A DNA stretch of 64,000 nt from Schmidtea nova (lineage: Eukaryota): positions 93,558,001 to 93,622,000 of the forward strand of contig CM097882.1 in the NCBI GenBank assembly GCA_044892505.1, read 5' to 3'. A program made the position numbers and the translations under genes. Positions 12,224 to 25,012 of the stretch are shown here, one piece after another (position 1 is the first letter of the stretch; each line of letters opens with the position of its first letter). The notes below the pieces were generated by a model that did not search any database, was not told where the DNA came from, and worked only from the letters and a program-made list of their open reading frames with translations.

Positions 12224-15064
12224 GTAATGGAAGTTTCACAATTTGTTAAAATGGATAATTTACGTAAAAATGTTAAATTTCCTCCCCAAAAAGATGAAGA
12301 AATTCTTAATAAACTTGTTTGTCGTCTGATAAAAGATAAACATTTAGATTGTGATTTTGGTAAACAACTATATGCGGTTTGGTCCCAACCTGCAAAATTA
12401 TATGGTCTGCCGAAAATTCATAAAAAAGATGTTCCAATGCGCCCGGTTCTTTCTATGGTAGGTTCAGTACAGTATAAGGTTGCAAAGGTTCTTGACTCAT
12501 TGTTAAAACCTTTGATCATTAAAGAGTATGAGTGTCGGGATTCTTTTGAATTTGTTGAGTTTATAACAAAACAGGTTATTGATCCTGCTGATTATATGGT
12601 GTCTTTCGATGTAACTAGTTTATTTACAAATGTTCCATTAAGTGAGATGATTGATCTGTGTTGTGAGTTGTGGAAAGAGAACATGGTTGATGATCAGACA
12701 TTAGATGTAGTTGCTTTTCGTGAATTGTTGATATTTGCAACCTCAAATGTTGCTTTACTTTTTGATGATAATTGGTATCAGCAAGTTGATGGATTGGCAA
12801 TGGGATCACCTTTAGCTCCAACTCTTGCGTCGATTTTTCTTTCAAAATTAGAGAAAAAGATTTCTGATTTTCCTTTTTCTAAGCCTAAGATATATAAACG
12901 TTACGTTGATGATATTTTTTTAGTATTTTCGAATGATGATGATATTGTTCCTTTTTTAAATTATATGAATGGGCTACATTCCAATATTAAGTTCACGGTG
13001 GAAGAAGAAGTTAATGCTTTTCTTCCATTTTTAGATTTGTTAGTGGAACGAACATCTAAGGGTTTTGAAACAGAAGTATATAGAAAGCCAACTGATACAT
13101 GTCTATATACTACTGCTAATAGCTTTTGTGATTTTAAATATAATAAAAATATGATAAAGGGTTTGATTTTTAGATCGTGGTCATTATCTTCTACTTTTGA
13201 AAAATCTAACAAAAGTATACATAAACTTGTTTCTCTTCTGAATAAAAATGGATATTCAAAGGCTTTTGTAGAAAGACTGACTAAGGAAACCATTGATCGG
13301 CTATTGATTGAGCCTGATGAAAGCATTGGAAATGGTAGTCCATCTAATGATAGTGAACATTTAAAAACGCACGTTTTAGTAATTCCATATTCGGAAGGTT
13401 TTAAAAACTTTAAGTGTTCTATAATGAAATCCTTAGGAAATTCTAACATATTTAACATAGTGTCAAAGTCTTTAAAATCAGTAAATATGTTTAGTAATAA
13501 ATCTCAAACCCCAATAGGTTTAGTTTCTGATGAGTGTATAAGTTATCTTGTAATGGGTGCAATGCCACATACATTGGAGAGACTTCCCGTCATCTCAGCA
13601 CACGGGTTCAGGAACATATCCGATTGAAAGGTGTGAGTAATATTATTGAGCATAGAAAAATATGTATAGGAGAAACTGATTTAAAAGATTTTAAAATTAT
13701 ATTAAAAAACTTTAATAATAAATGGGAAAGAATTTTATGTGAGGCGTTGGTGATTAAATCACAATCCCCTACAATTAATATTCAATCAGCAACGAATTTA
13801 TTGAGATTATTTAATTAACTCATTAAATCATAGCCATTACGTCATTACTGTTTCCGTATATAGCATTTGATTTAGATTATGATGGCAGACTGATGATGAG
13901 GACTATGTATTTGAAATATATTTCTATTGTTTGGCNNNNNNNNNNNNNNNNNNNNNNNNNNNNNNNNNNNNNNNNNNNNNNNNNNNNNNNNNNNNNNNNN
14001 NNNNNNNNNNNNNNNNNNNNNNNNNNNNNNNNNNNNNNNNNNNNNNNNNNNNNNNNNNNNNNNNNNNNNNNNNNNNNNNNNNNNNNNNNNNNNNNNNNNN
14101 NNNNNNNNNNNNNNNNNNNNNNNNNNNNNNNNNNNNNNNNNNNNNNNNNNNNNNNNNNTTGTAAAAGTTATGTCTAGTCGTGAATGAAAATCTAATCTTA
14201 CAAAATAGAAGACCCTGGAGGTATACTTACATAATTAATTTTGAAAATAAAATAATGCATTTAATACTTAATAAATTATATTGTAGAGTTTTTTCCACTT
14301 TGACCAATTGCTAACTTATTATTATAGAATTTCTTTATGTGACCACCGGCGCAATAATGAATTCCATCATTCTGACTTAATGTTTATATTTCCCTATTAT
14401 TATAATTTCGTATACCGACATTTACAAGGGCCTTCCCCTTCCATGATCCATGCAAAATTTGGCATAGTTTACAATTTGCCAAACTCTATTAACAAATTGT
14501 ATGAATTATTTTTAAAAATTTGCTTTAATCATAAAGTTCAACTTCCAGTACGAAGGTAATAACTCATATAGGTGCATACAAGTTTAGGTTAAGTTAGGTC
14601 TCTAACTAAAAAAGACTTAATTTTTTCTTTAAACGTTCATATTCTTTTCAACTATAACTATAAGATCCAGAAGACGATCTTGTGTCGCATTTGAACGGAT
14701 TAGATCCTATTGGTTGAAATGTGGAACAAAATAAAAATATATACAAACCAATTTCTAATTTGTACGACACAATAAAATATAATATAATCCCAGGCAATTA
14801 AAAACGTCTTAGTCACATTTGTAAGCAATGCAATTTAAGTTTTAAATTTAAAAAGAGAGAACATTAAAATACAGCTAAAAGTGCCTAAAAGTGTACCTCG
14901 GCTATTAGAGAAGACGTTATTTAACATCCACCGGACGTGAAACGCATAATAATGCTGATCTTACGAGACGCAAGATTTACAAGACAATTACGAATTTTAT
15001 CAGAAAACTATAAACTCGATTCAAATTAAAAAAAAATTTTAAAAAATTTAAATTTTATAATTAA

Positions 15065-16610
15065 CACTTTGTTGACCGGCAATTTTACACAGAAACAATG
15101 CCATGTCACCGGCTACTGTTTTGTAATTGGGAAATATAGTAAATCATTCTAAAATAAATTATATTTATAATGAATGAAATGAAATTAAGCTTTGGACATG
15201 TTTTATTATAACTTTTAAAATTTGTGTGTTAGTATGATAAACTGTATGGTAACCCCTGCATGTAATGGTACGGAACATGTTTTGCAGACATATCTCGCTT
15301 CGCTGATCTTCCTTTTAAAGAGCATACTCCAGACCTTTTAGTTGGATTTATTTTTACGCCAGTGACTATTTTTCTAAAACATGATCCTTTAACTTTCCTG
15401 AAAGCCTGAATGGCGAATCTTTGTAAGGAGTTCTTTTAGAAATATGAGAAGCACTGCCAGGTGGTGTGCTGCATTCATTTGAATCTACAGAAAACAATTC
15501 CCTAGCAACTTCTAGTAGAAATATTTTGTATCTTTGTTTATTTTGGGACATGCTGGAGTAAAGTTTGAATGCGTTAAACAAAGTACAATTGATTGAAAAA
15601 CGCAGTTTTTTTAGACTATTTTATACTTTTTCGAAAGATACTGCTATTCGGCAAGTACTGGTCTGACTATCAACTCCAATCATGTATTTATTGCTTTATT
15701 GTATTATGCCACCCGTAGGATTTCTCTTCCGCTTTGCAGTTGGTATCATAGGTGCATCATGAATAGTTGATATCATGCACACCAACCTTTTATCTTTCCA
15801 TGTGGCAAGAAGAATTGATGATGACCTTGCAAAGGTTATTTGTCCTCTCCTAACACTCTTTGATTTTTCTATTAGTGCCTTTGGCAAGCCACGGTTCTCC
15901 CGTATGTTACCATATACAAGTGTTTTCTTTTCTAATAATATACCAGCTGTAGAAACGCTATTGTAGTAATGGTCTTGATATATATGATGCAAATAACCAA
16001 AATATGGTTCCAAGACTGATATTATAGTTTGTTGTAACTTTTTTCCTTCACATGGATAAATCTCAAAGTTACAAATGTACCCAGATTCACTTTCACAAAG
16101 CATTCTCAGTAAAATCCCATATTTCGTTATCTGTGTCGGATTATATGTTCTGAAACTAATACGGCCTCTCCATGGTATCATTGCTTCTTCAAGTGATAAC
16201 TGCAGTTTCGGTACGTAGAGAGATTGAAATTTTGGAATAAGTTTATTCAATACAGGTCTAATTTCAAAGCCTGTCTCCACTATGGAAAAATGTAAGAATT
16301 TGCTCTAACCTCATCTTGCTCATTGTTTTAGAGAATATTGGTACTTCCGTTGACCTGTAATCTTTCCAATGTGCTTTTTTTATTTGTCCCATCAATATCA
16401 ATAGCCCAAGAAACTTTTTCATATCGCTAGTTGTAACTTCCGTCCATTGTAAAGGTTTAGTAGAGTTTTATGAACTTGTTTCATTTGAAAGTGGCATAAA
16501 TTGGTTTGAGAAACAACTAAATGAAGAAAGTCGTTATCAAAAAATAAATCCGCTACTTCACTGATGTTCGGTGCATCACTAAAATCTGCAGTTACACCCG
16601 GAGTGTTCTA
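15065..16610 (-). mobile_element. 5'-truncated decayed piggyBac (PGBD4-like)
   Basis: TTAA at 15061-15064 is followed by a CAC-starting end. Fragments FLGLLILMG, LSLEEAMIPWRGRISFRTYNP..KYG, YQDHYYNS, WKDKRLV and a C-terminal YVCKTCSVPLH. Many stops and frameshifts. Confidence 0.9.
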
Positions 16611-17289
16611 TGCTCTAATTACCAATTGAAACTTAACAAGCTTCGATAGGCATTCAGTCATTCCCACGCTATTGGCTAACTTTGTCAAACAGCAGCAAAC
16701 ATACGAAGTTGTCACTGTGTGCAAAGAGCAATTATTTAAACAAAAATTGGAGAAAATGTAAAAACACTATTGAAAACGTTGGGGAAGCTGATCAAGAATA
16801 TCCTAAAGCATGAAATGGATAAGGAAACTCTCGAGAATTGAGCGAAAGAAAGAAAAGCAAGAAGTGAAAAGTCAATTGGAATGAATTTCGTATTGGAATG
16901 ACCGGATCTTTATATAAATAAAAATATTTCAATTAATAAACATTGAGGAAAAGGCTTACGAGCTCAAATTATATTATTAAAATTCTACTACGACAATCAA
17001 ATAAATTTATATTGGATAATTTTTAAAAATAATGCGTCAAATTTGGAATACTCAAAGTTTGGTAAAGGAAAGTAAGTATTTTGTTACAGGGGAGAAATAA
17101 CTAATAATTAATGGAAATCTCCATGCGCTAAATAAAGTGGATACTGTTATAAGATACAATACAATGGACATGTTTTAGAAGTGTTTGAAAGTGGGTAAAA
17201 ACGTTGGACTTCAGAATCTTATGAATTAACAATCAATGTTAAAATATCATCAAAATGCATTTTAGCACTGCTACTTTAAGTGTAAAGTA

Positions 17290-17750
17290 CCCCGGTCTAC
17301 CAAAAGTCTCCAGTCAGACAGTTATTTACATATTGAATGTTGCTTGTTGACATGTGTCTGCTCCTGGCGGTACTCCCTCAGGAAGTAGTTAATAATTCCT
17401 TTCGGATGGTCAGTCAATGCAGCAATTTCACCCTGACTTTTTCCACAAAGATAACATCCGTAAATAATGCCTTTATGAAAGTCTGTAAGCCCTCTCCGAG
17501 TACCCATATTCTAAGAAAATGACAATCCTTCATTAACATGACTTACTGTTATCACTGTTGTGTGTCTGGTGTGAGGAGTCATATTCTGTGCGTGTTTGTG
17601 TGTGCGTGCGTGTGTAGATGTGCGCATGCAGCATGTTGAAGATATTGGTGGCCTTTGTTCGCATTACTGCGCATATTTCCACTGCAGACGTTCATTATAA
17701 ACTGCAATTTATAAATAACTAACTGCCTGGAGACTTTTGGTAGGCCGGGG
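17290..17750 (-). mobile_element. Tc1/mariner internal-deletion derivative (461 bp) retaining the N-terminal HTH
   Basis: 24-bp TIRs CCCCGG(T/C)CTACCAAAAGTCTCCAG with TA TSD on both sides. ORF 17507-17322 reads MGTRRGLTDFHKGIIYGCYLCGKSQGEIAALTDHPKGII (paired-like HTH). Confidence 0.88.
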
Positions 17751-17759
17751 TATGTTGTT

Positions 17760-18440
17760 CCAGCTTTCTAATTGTCATTGGTTTTTTCCTCATTGTCTAT
17801 AGTTGTAATCTAATCTGCCATTTTGTTTTCTGTCATGATATGATCCCCTGAATCACCTTCATATTGCTCTAGCCACTGTAAAACATCTTCTTCAGATGCT
17901 TATTCTTCACAAAGATTCTGTTGTAATCAGAAATCTCTAATACCTATAGGCCTATGTCTGGATCTTAATAGAAAACAATTTCTTCTAGTCAACTTTTTAA
18001 ATTTTGTAACGTACATTGTCCTTTGATTTCGACTTCATCATATTCATCCTACAGCAGAACCAAAACTTCATTAAAAAGAATTTTCCGTTATATTCGTTTC
18101 GTTGTCAGATTAATCCACTGGTCCATTGGTTAAATACGCAAAGTGGTTTTTTTTTGCAAAAACATAACTTTAAATTTGTCATCTTTTCACGTCTTTCGAT
18201 TGAATTTCTTTACTTCAGATATAAATATTTAAAAAAAAGTTTTTAAAATTTTTCGCAGTAAACAATGACTTTTTGGAGTCATCATACACAAGAAGCAGAT
18301 TTTAAATTACCCAACAACAATAGGAGTCAATTGATGCGATCCATAGAATTTGACGCAAAGCAGCACCGACATCCTGTGTTTACTGATCTTTCTTTCTAAT
18401 GGTAATTGTAGTGATCAGTTTCACAAAATCGCCAAAAATT
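17760..18440 (-). pseudogene. Tigger/pogo-like transposase remnant
   Basis: Translated fragments RKISKHRMSVLLCVKFYGSHQLTPIVVG and EEDVLQWLEQYEGDSGDHIMTEN resemble the pogo DDD core and acidic C-terminus. Heavily degraded. Confidence 0.45.
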
Positions 18441-20123
18441 AAAACTCTTTCAAAATTAAACTATATTAAAACATAACTATGCACACATGATATTGAAAAA
18501 ATAAATATTAAATTCTATTTTTATCAATTAAGTAATGTATTAAACAAAAACACAATGGATATTGTTCTTTATTATATTCATTCAATGATTTCACAAATTT
18601 GCTGACAATTTAAGATTCCAACACTTTAATATGAATGCTCAGTTTCGATAATGTCCACGCCAATTATCAATATCTACGAATCCTCGATAGGAAAGAGCGT
18701 AAACTACGAGATCACTTATGCAGTTCCACGTATCAATAAAATCTACCGAATATTTCACAAGAATTAATTAGAATATTTTGATTTTCCAATTGACAAATCA
18801 GAAATCAAAGTCTCCAAGGAACTCTAATTGCTGTAGTTGATATTTCTACGACCTGACGATTCCGTGTCGGATTCTATTCAGATAATTTGGTCGCTGAGAA
18901 AGAGAGTCATTTTTGCTTTTGTACGCTTGAGTACTTTCGGATTTCACCAGTGTTCTAAATTTGAGCTTTTAATAACATTTCGATTTTTATTTATTCTGTT
19001 AAATTAAGTCTAAAGTATTATTAACATCTATTATTTATTATCAAAAATTATCAATTATTTATTATTATATTTATTTACCTATTAATTTTTATTAGTTTTA
19101 TTATTAATATAATANNNNNNNNNNNNNNNNNNNNNNNNNNNNNNNNNNNNNNNNNNNNNNNNNNNNNNNNNNNNNNNNNNNNNNNNNNNNNNNNNNNNNN
19201 NNNNNNNNNNNNNNNNNNNNNNNNNNNNNNNNNNNNNNNNNNNNNNNNNNNNNNNNNNTTTACACGATAGATACGTTCCTAAAAAATGCGTGTATAAAAA
19301 TATATTGGCTGAATGGAAAAATAGTATTGAAAATATATTGAAAAAATATTGAAAATCGTGTTAAAACAAAGCAATTCGTGTAAAAAGAGAGAGAAAAATC
19401 TTTTTAATTCGTGTTAAATCAAATTCAAGTAAAAACAATTCATGTAAAAACAGAATTAGGTGTATTTCAAAGTTAGGTGTATTTTCAAAGAGACTGCCCG
19501 TCATCTCTGCACCCGAGTTCTTGAGCATTGTCGAAAAAATGGACTGACTAATATTAGTGATCATTTTAGGACATGTGTCAGTAAAAAATAGGTATCTCTG
19601 ATTTTAAAATTATTTCAAAAGGTTTAAGTAATTATTAGGAACGAATAACTTGTGAGGCATTGTTGATTAGATATTTAAATCCAAAAATAAATGATCAAGT
19701 TGCCCGTTTCACGTATATTTTGAATGTGTTTAAGTAACTAGATGTAGTATGTTGCGAATTGTGTTTGTGGCATAATTATGTTTGTTTTTGTGAACATTTT
19801 AATTTTTTTTTAAATTTGTAAATTGTATGTTGAATTTTAAAAATTTTTGTAATAAAAATAAAATTTTATTTTTAAAAAAATGTATGTTGAATTATGAAGT
19901 ATGTTATATTTGCTTATTAATTAATTTTTAAAATTTTATGTAATAAAAAATTAAATTTAATTTAAATTTTGATATAGTATGGGGATGATAATTATTAATT
20001 AATTTCTTAAGATATTGCATATTTTCTATTTTATTATTGATTGTCTTGATTGCTGCTTTAAGAAGATTGTTATGCAATCGAAATATATCGCGTTTATGTT
20101 GAATTTACTTAGTTGACGTTTTC

Positions 20124-20156
<33 letters not shown>

Positions 20157-20231
20157 CATAATTATCTTTTTTCACCTTTGATCTTTTTTTATTATTATTA
20201 TCAATAATTCTCATAATGACTATAGATCAAA

Positions 20232-20347
20232 AATTTTTTTTTTATAAACAATAACACAATATTTCGGCACAGCCTTTATCAAGTGTGTATACACACTTGA
20301 TAAAGGCTGTGCCGAAATATTGTGTTATTGTTTATAAAAAAAAAATT
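20232..20347. repeat. Perfect 116-bp palindrome made of two divergent Penelope-type hammerhead units; third copy at 20500-20572
   Basis: 58-bp arms, no spacer, centre 20289/20290 (GTGTA|TACAC). Each arm contains ACAC-TTGATAA-A-GGC-TGT-GCC-GAAA-TATT-GTGT. Confidence 0.9.
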
Positions 20348-22412
20348 NNNNNNNNNNNNNNNNNNNNNNNNNNNNNNNNNNNNNNNNNNNNNNNNNNNNN
20401 NNNNNNNNNNNNNNNNNNNNNNNNNNNNNNNNNNNNNNNNNNNNNNNNNNNNNNNNNNNNNNNNNNNNNNNNNNNNNNNNNNNNNNNNNNNNNNNNNNNA
20501 CTATAGATCAAAATTTTTTTTTATAAACAATAACACAATATTTCGGCACAGCCTTTATCAAGTGTGTATACAAAAGATCAAAGGTNNNNNNNNNNNNNNN
20601 NNNNNNNNNNNNNNNNNNNNNNNNNNNNNNNNNNNNNNNNNNNNNNNNNNNNNNNNNNNNNNNNNNNNNNNNNNNNNNNNNNNNNNNNNNNNNNNNNNNN
20701 NNNNNNNNNNNNNNNNNNNNNNNNNNNNNNNNNNNNNNNNNNNNNNNNNNNNNNNNNNNNNNNNNNNNNNNNNNNNNNATAGAGGTCTATAATCTCAATC
20801 TCAACCCTTACACATTCTATTTTTATGTATTTTATTTTGTAGAAAATGGGAATACTTTTTTTATATCTTTTAATGCGTTAGAAATAATTAATTTAAACGA
20901 AATTTCACTTAAACTAGAAAAGCCGGTATATTAAATACCTTTATATTTTAAACGGATTTTCTGACATATTTTCCGAATTTCGTAAAATTAAAAAAATGCT
21001 GGGATTTCTGTCCGGTTTAATGACGAAATCCACTATATCGAGGTTTTACTGGGTAAAATTTGTGGCATAAAATATATTAAGATAATTTTTTGGGTTCATG
21101 AATAAAAATATTCCTCTAATGATTATTATTTCCAAAAAGTCTCGTACACCAAAAATACTGGAAATTCCTACGACGTAATCATTGGAGTTGAAAATGGGAA
21201 TAAATTAGAGAATTAAAAGAAAAAAATTTAATGTTTGATTATACCCCTGAGATTTCCCCTTAAAACGAGAGATTTGCGTTGACAAAAGACTGTGGATTTT
21301 GTATTGAAAAATGAAGATTATTTTAATTATATTGTGATTAATTCAATTCGGGTTTTTTTTCGTAATTAAATTGCAATTATTTTACTTACTTTGTTGTTCA
21401 CATCGAAAACAATAGATTTTCTTCGTTCTGTGTAGCGTTTCAAGAAACCAGGAGAAAAAAAATCATGAAAACAACTAAATTCGAACAAAAAAAAATCTTT
21501 TGATGAAAGAAATTTTTTTTTCTTCTGATTAATCATTTTTTAATTGTCCCATTAGAGGTTGGTATGTCTAATTGTCGCAGTTTAGCATCGGATATTGTCT
21601 ATTTCCATAGGTGATTTGGAGAATTTTTGCGTTGGTTTTTTTTTTGTTAATTGTCGGTTTACAATTTTGCGGCGAAAAATAAAATTAATTGTTGAATTAT
21701 TCTTTAAATAATGAGAAAATATCGAGATGATATTAAAAATTATAAATCGTGGCGGCTGGGATTTAATCCCAGTCTGAATCATGTACTCGGTTTTCTGTTT
21801 GATTGTCGGGTTGAAAAGAAAATAATTGGAATATAAATGAGGATTTAAATAATATTAATGAGATAAAAATGTAATTTTTCTATTGTTTGTTTAACGTTTT
21901 ATCCCAATGTCACCTGATAAAGCAGTGGTTCATAATATCTAGTGCACGCACCCCAAATTGGTGTGATCGGACATGGTAAAGGGTTCAAGAAAGAGAACTT
22001 GACTGTTTTCCTCTAATATAGTATAATATTGTAAATTTAAGTTTTTATATTTAATAATTATCCTCTTCTCTGTCGAACAGCTACATATTACAAAGGTATG
22101 GATAAAAAATCACTTACTCCAGAAGGAAAAATAGGGATGATAATGACCATTTCAATCGAGATTTTTAATTAATATTGTAATAAAATTTATAATTTTGATT
22201 TCTAAGTTTTTTATATAAGGTGTTTAATAAACCTCATTTTATTATCAAAGGGATTAGAGTAACTTTAGTGGTTAGGAATCACTGTAAATAAATGGCGCAT
22301 GAAGGCTGATGTTGCATAACGGATCTTTGATATCAAAAGTCAAAATGATATTTTAAAAATAACATCAATCTTTGCCCTTAGACATTTTTATAAGAATTCG
22401 GATGTAATAGAC

Positions 22413-22723
22413 CAGTGGTTCTCAAAGTTTTACCAGTCAAAACCAACTATTAAAACGGTTAAGTTTTCGAGACTGACCTGCAAAAAAACAAGCAAAAACT
22501 AAAACTTTAATTTAAATATTTATAAAAAACACATAGTTAAGAATAGTTAAGAGGGTTATATAAGATGAATGAGTTTTGCTTTTTATTTATTTTTATTTAT
22601 TTTTATTTATTTTTATTTATTTTTATTTTTTTATCTACTTTTGTATTGTAGCAAATTTATTAAAAACAATTTTATTTGCACACAATTAATACGAAATAAA
22701 TATTAAAATTTTGGGAACCACTG
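22413..22723. mobile_element. hAT MITE (311 bp)
   Basis: TIRs CAGTGGTTCTCAAA / CAGTGGTTCCCAAA. Perfect 8-bp TSD TAATAGAC at 22405-22412 and 22724-22731. Confidence 0.92.
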
Positions 22724-24790
22724 TAATAGACTATGACGTTAATAACAGATTGCTGGACGCAATGTTAACGGTTACCATAGTGATGCTGGGTTGACTCTCT
22801 CTCNNNNNNNNNNNNNNNNNNNNNNNNNNNNNNNNNNNNNNNNNNNNNNNNNNNNNNNNNNNNNNNNNNNNNNNNNNNNNNNNNNNNNNNNNNNNNNNNN
22901 NNNNNNNNNNNNNNNNNNNNNNNNNNNNNNNNNNNNNNNNNNNNNNNNNNNNNNNNNNNNNNNNNNNNNNNNNNNNNNNNNNNNNNNNNNNNNNNNTAGC
23001 TATTTTTGTGTCGAAGGTGAACAAAGTTGAAGAAGTGAACTTGCAAGCATAGTACTATTGCATCTATAGTTTTGGAGGGTCTAAATTCGCTAGTTATATT
23101 TATATGAGTGTATTATTTTATTCATAAAACATTGTATTAAAAAAAAAGATGTTATTCATAAAAATTTGACAATTGTTACAGATTTTAAAGGAGTGGGAGA
23201 AAATCGCAAAGAAAAAATGATTCTATTAATCCGGATAAATTGCGGAGAGCTGAAATTAAAATTATGTGTTAAAAGAAATTAAGCAAAAAAAAATTTTCCC
23301 AAAACAATTTCCCCATTTATTTATTAAACAATTCCCATACAATCAATAAACTGATTCTATAATAAACAAAGAATTTAATTTCCAATTAAACTGTGGATTA
23401 AAACAATAATTAAAATAATAGCCATGCATTAGTAATTTTGTTATTTTTTCCCCATTTTAATAACCCCTAGTAATTGAAAACCATTAAAATTCAATATGAA
23501 AAAAAATAAATTGAAAACAATTCAAGGTAATTATAACAAATTTTAAGAGTCAACTCTTGAATATTTTTTTTTATTTTGTAGTCACTTCAAAAAATTGTCA
23601 ATATCAACAACAATCATAAATAGTTTTGTATATTTAGGTAAAGTGCGTATTTTAACCATTTATTAATTAGTTTGAAAGTCGTCTAATAAAAATTGTAAAT
23701 CATTCATTAAAACAAAACAAGTTAACTTAATTTTTATAATAATGTTTTATTGAAAAAAAGTTATTTCTAAAATAAAAATAGACAACTTATTTAAACAAAA
23801 AATCACTTAAAATATTAAGGTGATCGATGTTAAAGAAATTCTGTCTTGAAATAATTATTAGATTTTTTGTTGTTCATCAACATCAGTAAAAAAAATATTA
23901 AATGACTCCCGTTAAAGGAAATGTAGCTCAAATTTTTTTAATAAATATTATTGGTTGATTAAATTAATTAATTTTATTTATTTATCAATTAATTTTTGGC
24001 GATTAAAACAACGACAACCAAGCGTTGCTGAAGGATAGTGAGTGGGTGGTATTCACGATGGGGAGGTGAGTAATTAATTAATCAAGTAATAAATTAATTT
24101 AACAATCTTATTGATAACAACCATTAATTATCATATTGACAAGTAGGTAAATGATAGAAAGCGAATTTATAATCAAATGTTTGGAATTTTTAATTATTTA
24201 AAGAATTTTTAGTGAAGGATCCGAAATTTGAGATAAGACGATAAATCATCGCCTTGAAGGTTCTGGTCGCTTCGTGTATCTTGTCTAGGTTCTAACTCCA
24301 CTCTTTACTTTGCATTCCACGCACATGACTGTTCAATCCCTCGCGCATGTGTCCACGATCATTCTCGACAATCGCATTCGGTAATGTACATCGCGGCTTT
24401 CGAGTGCTAGTAAGCAGGTGAGCCACCACTGCTTGCTACTATTCTCCTCTATACGGGTTCATTCTTGGGCGATAGAAGCCCTATCCACTTCCTAAACGCT
24501 CTCATCAATCTTCTTTTTCAGCGTTTTCGTCTGTTCTATACCTCTCAGTTTACTCATTTTACTCCACCATTCATCAACCTCACATTCTACTACAAACATT
24601 CTATTACATTACTAACACAAAAATGAAATAAATACGCTGAAGACATTTATTCAACACCAATACATTTATACAAATGACACTATTTGGCATAGTAGGTCCA
24701 ATTCCTCTAGACTATCTAGATAATTGATTTGATCCGACAATTGTGTATGGAAATCCGCCTTTTGACTTTTCTCACGTACATCGACAAGGT

Positions 24791-25012
24791 ATGATGACTT
24801 TGGATATTCGACTATTGGGAAAAGAACCTATGACGAGATCATAACGTTGCTTCAGCAAAGTGAAAACTTTGAGAAAAGATTTAATAGATACTGGACAAAC
24901 TACCAGTATATTTTTTATCATGATTCATGGAGGGCAAGTATATGACGATGAATATTTAGTAGATGTGGGGTGCCTACCATTTGAAATAACAACTGTAGTC
25001 ATTATACTTGTA
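24791..25012 (+). pseudogene. Ubiquitin-like (beta-grasp) domain, one in-frame stop
   Basis: MMTLDIRLLGKEPMTRS*RCFSKVKTLRKDLIDTGQTTSIFFIMIHGGQVYDDEYLVDVGCLPFEITTVVIILV (74 codons) aligns by eye with the ubiquitin pattern. It has no terminal GG. Confidence 0.5.

Larger units (their letters stand above)
8350..13935 (+). mobile_element. Penelope-like retroelement (RT plus GIY-YIG), interrupted by a hAT insertion at 8774-12223
   Basis: Removing the hAT and one TSD restores the frame (KLYKVM|EVSQF). RT motifs LYGLPKIHK, SFDVTSLFTNVP, GLAMGSPLAP and RYVDDIF are present. GIY-YIG YKLSCNGCNATYIGET follows a 1-nt deletion at ~13530. The 3' end has a hammerhead at 13881-13931. Confidence 0.95.

Noticed and set aside
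8376-13627. ORFs 8376-8849 and 12122-13627 as standalone genes
   Set aside because: They are chimeras of Penelope coding sequence reading into or out of the hAT termini.
20220-20585. CRISPR-like interpretation of the palindromic repeats
   Set aside because: No regular repeat-spacer periodicity, no cas genes and a eukaryotic context. Explained by Penelope hammerheads.
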